Assembly (NCBI GenBank): GCA_013151035.1
Contig: JAADJB010000009.1
Coordinates: 338-64,337, forward strand
From: Gammaproteobacteria bacterium
Lineage (GTDB): Bacteria; Pseudomonadota; Gammaproteobacteria; JAADJB01
Reading direction: 5' to 3'
DNA: 64,000 bases
Shown here: one piece after another, positions 10,899 to 21,405 of the stretch
How the letters are laid out: every line of letters starts with the position of its first letter
Position numbering within the stretch: position 1 is the first letter of the stretch
The notes under the pieces: model-generated
Databases searched by the model: none
What the model was told of the DNA's origin: nothing
Seen by the model: the letters and a program-made list of their open reading frames with translations, nothing else
Made by a program: the position numbers and the translations under genes

Positions 10899-11741
10899 AT
10901 GTCCCCACCAACCATCCAACAGGCATTAAAACAGGCTCACAAGCAACTGAGTCCATCTTCTAACAGCGCTCATCTGGATGCCGAGGTATTACTCTGCTTC
11001 CTGATCAACAAACCCCGTAGCTATCTCCATACCTGGCCAGAAAAACACCTGAGCGATGACCAGCATCATCGCTATGAAGACCTGATCACGCGCCGGTTAG
11101 CCGGTGAACCCGTTGCCTACATCACCGGTCGGCGTGAATTCTGGTCACTTGATCTGGAGGTAAACCCGACTACCCTGATCCCCCGTCCGGATACCGAGAC
11201 CCTGGTTGAATGGGTGCTTAATCAATTCCCACACACACCCATCAAGGTAGCCGACCTGGGCACCGGCAGTGGTGCCATCGCCCTAGCACTAGCGCAAGAA
11301 CGCCCCAACTGGCAGCTACTGGCAACCGACTATTCAGTCGCGGCACTGGCACTCGCGCAAGGTAATGCAGAACGCCTCAATATCCACAATATCAGTTTCA
11401 GCCAACATGATTGGCTGGAGGATGTTGATCAATATGATTTTGATCTGATTGTCAGTAATCCTCCCTACATCCCTGAGGCCGATCCTCACCTGCTACAAGG
11501 GGATGTGCGCTTCGAACCACGCAGTGCCCTCAGTTCCGGTGCAACAGGGCTTGATGACATCAGGAAGATCATTCAACAGGCTCCAGCCCACCTGAAACCG
11601 GCCGGCTGGCTGGCACTGGAACATGGTTACGATCAAGGCAATACTGTAAAAAAAACACTGCAATTAAATAACTACCAATCCATCTCAACAATAAGAGATA
11701 TCGCAGGCAATAACCGTATAAGTGTGGCACAGCATTATTAA
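10899..11741 (+). CDS. prmC: Release factor glutamine methyltransferase
   Basis: LIPRPDTE, DLGTGSG, NPPY. Confidence 0.97.
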   Translation: MSPPTIQQALKQAHKQLSPSSNSAHLDAEVLLCFLINKPRSYLHTWPEKHLSDDQHHRYEDLITRRLAGEPVAYITGRREFWSLDLEVNPTTLIPRPDTETLVEWVLNQFPHTPIKVADLGTGSGAIALALAQERPNWQLLATDYSVAALALAQGNAERLNIHNISFSQHDWLEDVDQYDFDLIVSNPPYIPEADPHLLQGDVRFEPRSALSSGATGLDDIRKIIQQAPAHLKPAGWLALEHGYDQGNTVKKTLQLNNYQSISTIRDIAGNNRISVAQHY

Positions 11742-11904
11742 TAACAAACCATTCATTATCCCCATACTTTTTCTGTGTTATTATTTTTAATGCAGTGAAA
11801 ATGGTTGCTGCATCATTCGCATAAACACATAAATTGGTTATCCCTTTATTATGATATGCATTGTAAACAAGGAACTGACCAATACAAGAAAAGGATACCT
11901 GGAT

Positions 11905-12789
11905 ATGAAAAATCAACACCTAGATCTTACCTGCAAAACAGCTTCTATCAAGCGTAATATTCCAGCATTTAATTCGATAGCTTTAGCGCTCGGTCTCTTG
12001 CTGACACCAACCACTGGATCCAGCCAAATTCTGGAATTCGATTACACCGCTACATTTACTATGGTAACAGCGAGTGGCGAATTTTTTACCAATATCTCCG
12101 AACTGGGTAATAGTACAAATGGTAACCGAACACCTGTCACGGGAAGCATGCAATATGATACAACACTTGATGCAGGTACATTGCTCATGGTTCCCTTCTG
12201 GTTCAATGAATCCATTTTATCGTGGGTAGGTATGGAGATGGAGGGTATAGGCTCTAATCGTGCATTATTTAATGGTATGTTTAACTGGAATGGCATCTAT
12301 GGTGTTCCCGTTTCTCTGGTCTGGGATGCAACAGGACTGAACAATGCCATTAACTCAGGTTTGAGCAATGGATCAATCATTAATGGTAGTCTGGGTGGTG
12401 CTATTCCTGCAACAAGTAATACAGTGAAAAGTTATGGTCCCTCCGGTGGTATAACCTATCCGGTAGGCCCTTCACCATTGGCAACAACAACCTTTGATAC
12501 CACACCTGTCAATCCACCCGTTAGTCTTAATTATACACACAGTGGCCAACTCCCTATCATCAATGACCTGATCATCGATGCCACCAATGGCGATATTGGT
12601 ATTGGTGGATCGCCGCTGCTGGCAGGACCCTTCCTGGCATACAATATAAATATCGACTTCAACACACTTGAACTCACCAGTATGTCTGCCGTTCCAGCAC
12701 CTGCCGCACTCTGGTTATTTGGTTCTGGCCTGATTGGTTTACTAGCTGTAAGTCGACGACATTCAGAAGATCAATCAGATACCACCTAA
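11905..12789 (+). CDS. VPLPA/PEP-CTERM sorting-domain secreted protein
   Basis: Signal-like N-terminus; C-terminal VPAPAALWLFGSGLIGLLAVSRR. Confidence 0.85.
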   Translation: MKNQHLDLTCKTASIKRNIPAFNSIALALGLLLTPTTGSSQILEFDYTATFTMVTASGEFFTNISELGNSTNGNRTPVTGSMQYDTTLDAGTLLMVPFWFNESILSWVGMEMEGIGSNRALFNGMFNWNGIYGVPVSLVWDATGLNNAINSGLSNGSIINGSLGGAIPATSNTVKSYGPSGGITYPVGPSPLATTTFDTTPVNPPVSLNYTHSGQLPIINDLIIDATNGDIGIGGSPLLAGPFLAYNINIDFNTLELTSMSAVPAPAALWLFGSGLIGLLAVSRRHSEDQSDTT

Positions 12790-12818
12790 CCATCTGATTA
12801 CACAATATTATTTACTCT

Positions 12819-12853
12819 CGGCTATGCCCTTGTTATTCACATCGGCATAGCCG
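12819..12853. terminator. Stem-loop downstream of the PEP-CTERM gene
   Basis: CGGCTATGCC...GGCATAGCCG, 10-bp inverted repeat; no clear U-tract. Confidence 0.4.
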
Positions 12854-12928
12854 GTAATCCCGTTAAAATAACAAACCCCTGCCTGCCACAAAACTTGATA
12901 ATTATTACAAACCCGTTAGGATGGAGCT

Positions 12929-13327
12929 ATGGACGATCAGGCAAACACGCTTATTCGACATCGCAAGATCTGTTTTCGTGGTCCACACGAGAATACGAGT
13001 CAGGCGCAAACAGCGACGCTGATATTAAGTGATATCGAGGGCATCCTCAAAGTGACATCTGAAGGTGACGACATCATCCATATCAGCTATGACATCCAGT
13101 TAATCTCCCTGCGTATTATTGATGAACTCTTAGTCGAGATTGGGCTACACCTGGATAACAATCTGTTCTGTAAACTTAAACGTGCGTTGTACTACTACAG
13201 CGAGGACGCTCAGCGTGAAACTCTGGGCTACAGTGACACCACCCAACGAGTCTTTATCAAGCGTTATCAAAAATTGCCGCACGGCTGTAGAGATGGCCGC
13301 CCTGATTGCTGGCGGCGTTATCTTTAA
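12929..13327 (+). CDS. Hypothetical protein with a possible HMA-like fold
   Basis: GGAG RBS; ISYD...IDELLVEIG pattern resembles HMA-like domains; C-terminal HGCRDGRPDCW. Confidence 0.65.
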   Translation: MDDQANTLIRHRKICFRGPHENTSQAQTATLILSDIEGILKVTSEGDDIIHISYDIQLISLRIIDELLVEIGLHLDNNLFCKLKRALYYYSEDAQRETLGYSDTTQRVFIKRYQKLPHGCRDGRPDCWRRYL

Positions 13328-13343
13328 GTTATCCTCAAGATAA

Positions 13344-13369
13344 TGGATTCCCGCCTGCGCGAGAATGAC
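13344..13369. repeat. REP-like palindrome, inverted copy of the 10827 element
   Basis: TGGATTCCCGCCTGCGCGAGAATGAC. Confidence 0.75.
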
Positions 13370-13379
13370 AAATTAACCT

Positions 13380-14138
13380 ATGAATGATCAGCAACTCCTT
13401 CGTTATAGTCGCCAGATTATGCTTCCCGGTATTGATATTGAGGGGCAACAACGTCTGCTACAGTCGCATGTACTCATCATTGGCGCAGGTGGACTAGGCT
13501 CACCCGTAGCCATGTACCTGGCTGCCTCCGGTGTGGGACAAATCACCATTACTGATGATGATCAGGTCGATCTTTCTAATCTACAACGCCAAATACTGCA
13601 TCATCAACAGGATATCGGCCGTGACAAGGTGGATTCAGCAGTGGATACACTTAAGGGCATTAATCCCGATATCAAGATTAACACCATCGCACACCGACTC
13701 AACGCAGAGGAGCTGGAAGTCATCATGCAACAGGTCGATGCTGTCGTCGATGCCAGTGATAACTTTAATACCCGTTTTACCATCAATGCCGCCTGCGTAC
13801 GCCAACAAATCCCGCTCATATCCGGTGCAGCAATACGTATGGAGGGACAAATCAGTGTCTTTACACCGGGTAAGGATAATAGCCCGTGCTACCACTGTCT
13901 CTATACCGAGGGTGACGAACTGGAACAGACCTGCAGTGAAAATGGAGTCCTCTCCCCCTTAGTCGGCATCATCGGCAGCATGCAGGCTCTGGAGACCCTC
14001 AAGGTATTACTTGATCTGGGACAGACCCTGGCAGGTCAGCTAATGATCCTTGATGCGTTACACATGGAATGGCGCAGTATAAAATTACGCAGAGATCCTG
14101 ATTGCCCGGTATGTTCCAGGGAATATTCTAAGACCTGA
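13380..14138 (+). CDS. moeB: MoeB/ThiF family adenylyltransferase
   Basis: RYSRQI, GAGGLG, SNLQRQ, CYHC and CPVC Zn motifs. Confidence 0.93.
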   Translation: MNDQQLLRYSRQIMLPGIDIEGQQRLLQSHVLIIGAGGLGSPVAMYLAASGVGQITITDDDQVDLSNLQRQILHHQQDIGRDKVDSAVDTLKGINPDIKINTIAHRLNAEELEVIMQQVDAVVDASDNFNTRFTINAACVRQQIPLISGAAIRMEGQISVFTPGKDNSPCYHCLYTEGDELEQTCSENGVLSPLVGIIGSMQALETLKVLLDLGQTLAGQLMILDALHMEWRSIKLRRDPDCPVCSREYSKT

Positions 14139-15282
14139 ACTTCACTTCAACAAAGGTCGTATCATCACTCTGCATACAACCTCCACTAAAATAATTAACC
14201 TGGTTCAAGATATTATCAAATAGCTCATCACTGTTTTTGCTATCTTTGAGAATTGCCTCAATACGATCGGCACCAAACATGTCACCATCAACATTAGAGG
14301 CCTCAACAAGACCATCGGTATATAAAAAGATTGAGGCATCCGATGGCAGCACTTGATCCCGGGTCAAGGCATCAAAACCTTCATCATTCAGAATCCCCAA
14401 CGGCATATGATCTGACTCAATCTTTGCTAACACACCCCGTTCTGAAGAAAACACTAATGCCGGTGGACAAGCACCCGCCCAGCTACGGATCTCACGGGTC
14501 TCATGGTTAATCTCAAGCACTGTTGCTGCCAGATAAAAATCACCCGGTGTCGCCTCCCGCAAACGACGATTAATCGTGGACACAATATCCTTTAATGGAA
14601 CATCATCCTCCACCATGGAATAAAATAACTCTGAAACAAAGAAAGCACCCATCGCAGCCTGTAATCCATGCCCGGTAAAGTCCCCCACCAACACATATTG
14701 TTTGCCGGAAGGCGCATCCGAACATAACGCAATATCTCCACTAACCAGACCCTTGGGCGATGAGTAATGTTGAATATTAACGGGCATATCAAGCTTGCGG
14801 CTATTACTGATATGCTGAAAAAAACGTTCCGCCACCTCCTGCTCAATTTGCAGAATATTAACCATGGAATGTAATTCATCAATACGACTCTGGGTGGATC
14901 TCCGGTATTCTTTTTCCCTTAACAGTTGATCGATCTTGCTCTTCAGTGCCAAATTAGAGCAGGGTTTGACCATAAAACCATCCCCACCCGCAGCAAAACA
15001 ACGCGCCAGAACACGATCCTCATCGGTACCCGTAAGAAACAGAATTGGAATAAACAAATCTCCAGCCAGAGACTTAATCATCTCTGCCGCCTGCAAACCA
15101 TCCACAACAGGCATATCAATATCCATCAAGATCACATCCGGGGTATCTTGCTGATAACGGTAAACAGCCTCTTTACCATTCGAGGCAGTAATAACGCTAT
15201 AACCACTACGCGTCAGAACCTCAGCAGTCATCATACAAAAGATCTTGTCATCATCGGCTACCAGCACACGTCCTTTTTTCAT
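14128..15282 (-). CDS. Fused response regulator / SpoIIE (PP2C) phosphatase
   Basis: N-terminal REC (ADDD, DIDMP, KP); SGD, GDFTGHG, YTDGLVE, DDTT. Confidence 0.92.
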   Translation of the reverse strand: MKKGRVLVADDDKIFCMMTAEVLTRSGYSVITASNGKEAVYRYQQDTPDVILMDIDMPVVDGLQAAEMIKSLAGDLFIPILFLTGTDEDRVLARCFAAGGDGFMVKPCSNLALKSKIDQLLREKEYRRSTQSRIDELHSMVNILQIEQEVAERFFQHISNSRKLDMPVNIQHYSSPKGLVSGDIALCSDAPSGKQYVLVGDFTGHGLQAAMGAFFVSELFYSMVEDDVPLKDIVSTINRRLREATPGDFYLAATVLEINHETREIRSWAGACPPALVFSSERGVLAKIESDHMPLGILNDEGFDALTRDQVLPSDASIFLYTDGLVEASNVDGDMFGADRIEAILKDSKNSDELFDNILNQVNYFSGGCMQSDDTTFVEVKFRS

Positions 15283-15309
15283 AACCGTAATATCTCTATC
15301 GTCATACCA

Positions 15310-17085
15310 TTACAAGCGTCTGCCACTCTCCAGCAATACTGTCATATCATCCACTGCTAGAGGACGGCTAAATAAATAGCCTTGCAATGAATGACAACCT
15401 AATTGATACACCCTGGATAACTGCTTACGCGTTTCAATCCCTTCCACCACAACCTTCAAATCAAAAGACCGGGCAATAGAGACAATGGCCTCCGCAATAG
15501 CCTCATCTTTCTTATTCTCACACATACTTTGGGAGAAGGTTCTATCCAGTTTCAATGATGACAAAGGTAGATCCTTTAAATATAAAAGTGAAGAATAGCC
15601 CGTACCAAAATCATCAATCGCAATATTAATATCCATATTAGACAACGTGCGTAAAAGTGCTTGAGTCCTACCGAGGTTCTTTATCATGGCACTTTCCGTC
15701 AACTCCAGCACCAACGCGCTCGATAGCATATTGCTATCCGATAAAGAAGAAAGTACCCGATCAGGGAAATCATCCGTCTGTAGCTGCACTGCGGATACAT
15801 TCACCGAAACACTCAACTCATAACCACATTCCTGTATCCAGTACTGATTCTGTCGACAGGCCTCCTGCAATACCCAGTTCCCTACTGAAACAATCAGACC
15901 TGATGACTCCAGCACCGGTATAAATTCATCCGGAAACACCATCCCGCGTTCCGGGTGTTGCCAACGTAACAAAGCTTCACTACCTGTAATCTTACCCGTT
16001 TGAATATCTACCTGTGGTTGATAATGCAAAACAAATTCATCACGCTCCAACGCCCTCAATAACTCAATCTCCAGCAACAGGGTATTCTTCTCCTGCTTAC
16101 TGCTCTGAAACGAGGTGTAAAAATAATATTGATGTTCGTAATCAATCGTTTTCCCCAGGGTAATCGCCAGGCCTGCGTTCTTCAGTAATAGCTCAATCGA
16201 GATACCATCCTCAGGATAGTTACTGATACCAACAGAAAAGGTAATGGTCATATCCTTATTGATTGAAGAGACATCCAGATGAATCGTCGAGAAGATTTGC
16301 TTAATCTTTTCCTCGACATCATGATTATCTGAAACACCTTCGAGAAAAACACCAAAACGCCCACTCCCCATATAGGTTAACGTCACCGCATCTTGTAACA
16401 ATGACTGCATCTGTGTAGACATGCTACGAATCAGTTCATCAGCAATCTCTTGTCCATAAACATCCTTGATAGGTTTAATCTGATTGATGCAAACCATCAA
16501 CATAGTATGCTTTTGCTGACTAACGTCCATATCCTGCAGACGTTCGTCAAGACGCAATTTGACTACAGCTAGCTTGGGTAAACCTGTTAACTCATCAAAA
16601 TAAGTCAAGCGATGGATATAGGCCTTATCATTCACGGACTCGGTAACATCCTTACCGATTGAAATATAATAGAGAATCACACTCTGCTCATCCAGTACCG
16701 GAGTTACCCTCTTATACTCATGATAAAAGTTACCATCCTTCCTGCGATTAACCAACGTTCCCTCAAAAACCTCCCCGGTACTAATCACGTCCCACATCCG
16801 TTTGTAAAATAGCGCATCCTGCACACCCGACTTGAGTAAATTAGTCTTCTCACCAATAACCTCACTACGGTCATAGCCTGTAATCCGACTAAAGGCATCA
16901 TTGGTATAAATAATCACACCCGTGGAATCGGAGATGGTAACAATATCTTCAACGCTATTAATTGCTGCATGTAGCAGAGGAATATCATCAAGTCGGTCTA
17001 ATATGTTCAGCATTAATGGTATCAGGTTCTTTTTAATCATTTTCAAGTAGAATCGATAATACCGCAAATAACCACTATGCAGCAA
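15310..17085 (-). CDS. PAS-GGDEF(degenerate)-EAL protein, probable c-di-GMP phosphodiesterase
   Basis: PAS (NDAFSRITGY...NRRKDG); GGDEF position reads GSGRF; EAL and DDFGTGYSSL intact; true start may be 17040. Confidence 0.92.
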   Translation of the reverse strand: MLHSGYLRYYRFYLKMIKKNLIPLMLNILDRLDDIPLLHAAINSVEDIVTISDSTGVIIYTNDAFSRITGYDRSEVIGEKTNLLKSGVQDALFYKRMWDVISTGEVFEGTLVNRRKDGNFYHEYKRVTPVLDEQSVILYYISIGKDVTESVNDKAYIHRLTYFDELTGLPKLAVVKLRLDERLQDMDVSQQKHTMLMVCINQIKPIKDVYGQEIADELIRSMSTQMQSLLQDAVTLTYMGSGRFGVFLEGVSDNHDVEEKIKQIFSTIHLDVSSINKDMTITFSVGISNYPEDGISIELLLKNAGLAITLGKTIDYEHQYYFYTSFQSSKQEKNTLLLEIELLRALERDEFVLHYQPQVDIQTGKITGSEALLRWQHPERGMVFPDEFIPVLESSGLIVSVGNWVLQEACRQNQYWIQECGYELSVSVNVSAVQLQTDDFPDRVLSSLSDSNMLSSALVLELTESAMIKNLGRTQALLRTLSNMDINIAIDDFGTGYSSLLYLKDLPLSSLKLDRTFSQSMCENKKDEAIAEAIVSIARSFDLKVVVEGIETRKQLSRVYQLGCHSLQGYLFSRPLAVDDMTVLLESGRRL

Positions 17086-17142
17086 AGGTTATCTATACTA
17101 ATTCAGAATACAGTCATTATATTATTGCCTAAAGAAGCAATA

Positions 17143-17445
17143 TGTCGGAATTAATTACACAAATAAAAACCAACAAAAATAATAATAAACGAATAAAAAC
17201 ATATAGTTATATACAACAATAGGGTTTAAACAATAAAAATCAGGATCTCAGTGTTTTTTTGTAAAAATAACAAACAACCGCAATTCAAATATATCTTATT
17301 GATTAATAATAAATTTATATAAATCACAGGCCACATATATAATTTTTTGTCGTAAAACATTACACTTTAGAGTGTAAACAAAAACAAGGATAAACTGTAA
17401 CACCATGTATTAATTGAAATTTAATATGATGGCACAATTAATGCA
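17143..17445 (+). promoter_or_regulatory. Sigma-54 promoter with three upstream TGT-N11-ACA enhancer boxes
   Basis: TGGCAC-AATTA-ATGCA at 17430-17445; boxes at 17143-17159, 17260-17276 and 17348-17364. Confidence 0.7.
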
Positions 17446-17484
17446 AGAGTATTAAAACCAGTCACCATCTGCAAGGATCACAAA

Positions 17485-18117
17485 ATGAATAATCAGGGCG
17501 TGAAGTACACCATACTGTTAATCCTACTGTCTATTAGCTCAATAACGAATGCGGCAATATTCGATTTCAAGGCACTCGGTAATGCCAACGAAAGGGGCTA
17601 TGTCACCTTCGTACATACTGTTGACGGTATCCAGCTCAGTGCAAGTGGTTCCTCTCCCGATGGCAGCATCCCTTACAACGCCTATCTGGATTCAGGTAAT
17701 GCGGGTCTTGGTGTCTGTCAAAACCTGACTAGCAGTTATCAATGCACACCCAGCTCAGATGACAATGTAACCTATCTGGAAAACTTGATATTAACCTTTG
17801 ATCAAGAGGTTAATATTGAGCAAACCACCTTTGTTAATGGCAGTCATGGTACTAACTTCCTGGGCAGCTTTGATATGACTATAGATGGCGGTACAACGAC
17901 AACTTATAGCCTGACCAATATATTCTCAACCATTCTGACCGGCACCGAATTTATATTCACCAATATGAATCCAGAGGGTGGCTCATATAATTCAAATGAA
18001 TATCAATTTTATATCAGCGCACTGAATGTAACCCCTGCAGCCGTACCCGTACCCGCAGCCGTCTGGTTATTGGGTAGTGGTCTGCTAGGTCTGATTAGTA
18101 TCGCACGTCGACGTTAA
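17485..18117 (+). CDS. VPLPA-CTERM sorting-domain secreted protein
   Basis: Signal peptide (...SSITNA); C-terminal VPVPAAVWLLGSGLLGLISIARRR. Confidence 0.9.
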   Translation: MNNQGVKYTILLILLSISSITNAAIFDFKALGNANERGYVTFVHTVDGIQLSASGSSPDGSIPYNAYLDSGNAGLGVCQNLTSSYQCTPSSDDNVTYLENLILTFDQEVNIEQTTFVNGSHGTNFLGSFDMTIDGGTTTTYSLTNIFSTILTGTEFIFTNMNPEGGSYNSNEYQFYISALNVTPAAVPVPAAVWLLGSGLLGLISIARRR

Positions 18118-18128
18118 GGGAGTCCTGA

Positions 18129-18575
18129 TTAACTATATCGGGTCAGGAATGTATCCAGTTGATTGGCAAAGGACTGCCTATCACTCTGACTTAATGGCGG
18201 TGGACCACCGGTACTGATCCCACTACCGCGTAGAGTATCCATAAAATCCCGCATGTTTAATCGGGCACGGATATTATCGACAGTATACAACTCACCACGG
18301 GGGTTAAGTGCATGGCCACCCTTCTCGATAACCTCTGCCGCCAGGGGAATGTCACTGGTTATCACCAGATCCCCCACCTCCAGTCTTTTCACGATCTCAT
18401 CATCCGCCACATCAAAGCCAGCCCCAACCTGCAACATATTAATCAGGGGTGATTTCGGTACACGCACAAATTGATTGGCTACCAGTGTCATTGCCACCCC
18501 GGTACGCATTGATGCCTTGAACAGAATATCCTTAACCACAACCGGACAGGCATCCGCATCGACCCATATCTTCAT
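18129..18575 (-). CDS. yaiI: YaiI/YqxD family protein (DUF188)
   Basis: [29 protein letters not shown]; ATG overlaps the napC stop (TGATG). Confidence 0.93.
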   Translation of the reverse strand: MKIWVDADACPVVVKDILFKASMRTGVAMTLVANQFVRVPKSPLINMLQVGAGFDVADDEIVKRLEVGDLVITSDIPLAAEVIEKGGHALNPRGELYTVDNIRARLNMRDFMDTLRGSGISTGGPPPLSQSDRQSFANQLDTFLTRYS

Positions 18576-19258
18576 CAAAAACCCCAATCCTCATTATCTG
18601 GTTGCGGCATATCCACATGACATTGATAACACGATAATTTTTCTTGCTCGTAAAATTCATGATCTTCATCATTGCCACCCTTATAAGCCATATAACCATC
18701 TGGTAGCTTATGAGCAATACCTTTATGGCAATCAATACAGGTCTTGCCCCTCTGTTGCGCATAGTTATGCACAAGGGCAGTGCGGGACTGTTGTACTGCT
18801 TTATTCATTGCATCAAAAGAATGGCAATTTCTACATTCCCTTGAATCAGCATCCTTCATCACACCCCATACATGTTTCGCAAGTTCCAAACGCTTGGCAT
18901 TAAACTTTTCTGGCGTATCAATCGAACCCATTACCTTATGTATTAACTCATTAGAGGCCTTAATTTTTCTAACCACCATATGTTGCCACTCTTTAGGGAC
19001 ATGACAATCCGGGCAGGTTGCCCTGACACCGGTACGATTACTGTAATGTACTGTCCCGAGATATTCCCGATAGACATTATCTTCCATCTCATGACATGAG
19101 ATACAAAAATCCATATTATTCGTTACTTCCAATACCGTATTAAATGCCCCCCAGAATAATATTCCGGCAACAAAAACACCCCCTGATAATAACAATGGAT
19201 ATTGACCAACATGTCCCATTACCCATGACCGTATACCCTTTATTACGGATTTAATCAT
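18575..19258 (-). CDS. napC: NapC/NirT family membrane-anchored cytochrome c with five CxxCH motifs
   Basis: TM helix GILFWGAFN; [27 protein letters not shown] plus an extra CYQCH. Confidence 0.92.
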   Translation of the reverse strand: MIKSVIKGIRSWVMGHVGQYPLLLSGGVFVAGILFWGAFNTVLEVTNNMDFCISCHEMEDNVYREYLGTVHYSNRTGVRATCPDCHVPKEWQHMVVRKIKASNELIHKVMGSIDTPEKFNAKRLELAKHVWGVMKDADSRECRNCHSFDAMNKAVQQSRTALVHNYAQQRGKTCIDCHKGIAHKLPDGYMAYKGGNDEDHEFYEQEKLSCYQCHVDMPQPDNEDWGF

Positions 19259-19851
19259 GACAGTTTTTTATATTTTGAGCGTACATTAATGGCATTAGGT
19301 TCTACAATACAAGCATCCCGGCATAAGGCGCAACCAATACAGATCTTTTCATTAATCACTGGCCTTGTCATATCCCAGACCATAGCACCAGGAACCGGAC
19401 AAATCCCCTGGCAGGCACCACATTCCGGGCCTTTATAAGGCAAACAATGTTTACTATCAAGCGTCGCAATCGCCAACCGGGGAAAGAACCTTTCATCGCT
19501 TTCATCATCCGCATCATCAGGCTTTACCGGAATCTTTAATGCACCCGGTTTACAGACGCTGACACAGGGCCAGTCCTCACATAGATGACAACCATGATTC
19601 AATAAATCCAGTGCAGGTGTTGCCGTCACCTGAATTCCCAGACGTGCCGGTAATTTAAATATCACCTCATGTGGACAGGCATCAATACATTCATTACAAC
19701 GTGTACACGCCAAAAGAAAGTCAATTTCCTCCAGGGCAAAAGGTGGTCGAATCCATTTGGCCGCACGCACCCTGACACTATCCGCCACCTCATCAGCAAC
19801 CGATTTAACAATCTTCTTACTACTCCTGGTAAAAAACTCACGTCTATCCAA
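19255..19851 (-). CDS. napF: NapF-like polyferredoxin
   Basis: RREFF not followed by a hydrophobic region; IRPP; several 4Fe-4S Cys motifs. Confidence 0.7.
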   Translation of the reverse strand: MDRREFFTRSSKKIVKSVADEVADSVRVRAAKWIRPPFALEEIDFLLACTRCNECIDACPHEVIFKLPARLGIQVTATPALDLLNHGCHLCEDWPCVSVCKPGALKIPVKPDDADDESDERFFPRLAIATLDSKHCLPYKGPECGACQGICPVPGAMVWDMTRPVINEKICIGCALCRDACIVEPNAINVRSKYKKLS

Positions 19852-19896
19852 TTAATTATTCCTTTTCATTACTACCCCATTAACTCAATCTCTATC

Positions 19897-21405
19897 TCAC
19901 ACTCCCCCCATACGCATTATCATCGGTTGCATCAATAACCATAGATGGAAACCATTGACACTAATAATAAAGACCAGAATAGGTGTAAGGCGAAAACCAG
20001 CTTCTGATACAAACGATTTAATACGATAGCGTAAGACTTTAACTGCAACCCAGAAACCAAACATCATTAACAGACCTTGCATCGCAAACAACGCCTCTTC
20101 CGGAATCGGCAAACGACCATGTGATACCAGCGACCCCGACCCCATACCCAAAGTTTCCATCAATAATTGGCCAGCACCTGCCGTTTCACGCAGCATGTGG
20201 TTTAGATTATGTGCAATATGATAGGCAAAAGCTAATGGCAGGGTAACAAAGACCAGCCCCATAAAAAATGGTTTAAAACCAACATCTGATCCTGATATCC
20301 AACGGGTTATAACTATAAATAATGCGTAGATACTAACGGGTATAATAATACTTACCATTAGACCAGTTGAAAAACTAACCAACAATTGTCCTGAATCACC
20401 AATTATTTGTGCAAACTGTTGCATCCAGGTTTCCCAAAACTCCATCATGGTGATGCCATGAAAACTGGTCAGTGCCAGCAGAATCAGCATAAACCATGCC
20501 TCATCCCAATGAGGGCGTGCGCTGGAGATTGCCTCCTGACTCTGTGGACGCAAGCGCCAGGAGATATTTTTATCAGGGCAACTTCGGACACAATTACCGC
20601 AAGATGTACAGTAGGTGTTTTGTGTCAAACTGCCCATAACAAGTTGTGTAGGGCATGGATCAACTTCATCGGTACCATTAAAGCATTCCAGACCTGTGCA
20701 TTGCGCACAGATATCCGGATCAATCGGGCGTAATTCAATGGGTGCAAGCTGCGCATAGAAACCCACAGTACGACCAACCGGACAAATATAATGACAAAAG
20801 GCCTTATTCCTGAATATTGCCAATGACAATGTTGCCATCACCACCATAAGTAATGACAGTAATGCCGTTGCGTAAGGATCAGATGTCACACCATAACCTA
20901 ATTCCAACCAGGTCAAACCAATTAACATTAATAGTGCCGGCCATACTGTCCGCATCCATCGCGGTGGTTTCAGCTCAAGACTATTATTCATTTTTAATAA
21001 CCAGAGACGAGGCTTTACAAACCAGTTTGCCAGTGCATCCCACGGACAAATCGCACACCAGGCAGAACCCAGAAAAAAAATCGAGATGATCAGCCCTGCC
21101 CACCAGATATTCCATGTTAGAACAGTAGCGATATTCCTTGCTGGAACAGGTGTTCCGGTAAGACCTGAATAAATAACCAGAAAGAATAATGCGACAACAA
21201 TTATCCTGATAAAAAGTAATAACCCGGTAGACGAGGTAAAAAGTCGGCTAAAAGAGCCTAATAACTTAATATCATTTAACTGGATATGCCTTATAGTTAA
21301 TCTACCAGGCATTTTTGCCACAATAACCCACAAACTAACAATGAGCATAAAAGCCCAAACAATATATCCCCAATATGAGGGTAAACCTGGATGTGTCATT
21401 ATCAT
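19897..21405 (-). CDS. Polytopic membrane 4Fe-4S protein (NapH/FixG/NosR-like Cys motifs)
   Basis: Many TM segments; WCAICPW, FCHYICPVG, CTSCGNCVRSCP. Confidence 0.8.
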   Translation of the reverse strand: MIMTHPGLPSYWGYIVWAFMLIVSLWVIVAKMPGRLTIRHIQLNDIKLLGSFSRLFTSSTGLLLFIRIIVVALFFLVIYSGLTGTPVPARNIATVLTWNIWWAGLIISIFFLGSAWCAICPWDALANWFVKPRLWLLKMNNSLELKPPRWMRTVWPALLMLIGLTWLELGYGVTSDPYATALLSLLMVVMATLSLAIFRNKAFCHYICPVGRTVGFYAQLAPIELRPIDPDICAQCTGLECFNGTDEVDPCPTQLVMGSLTQNTYCTSCGNCVRSCPDKNISWRLRPQSQEAISSARPHWDEAWFMLILLALTSFHGITMMEFWETWMQQFAQIIGDSGQLLVSFSTGLMVSIIIPVSIYALFIVITRWISGSDVGFKPFFMGLVFVTLPLAFAYHIAHNLNHMLRETAGAGQLLMETLGMGSGSLVSHGRLPIPEEALFAMQGLLMMFGFWVAVKVLRYRIKSFVSEAGFRLTPILVFIISVNGFHLWLLMQPMIMRMGGV

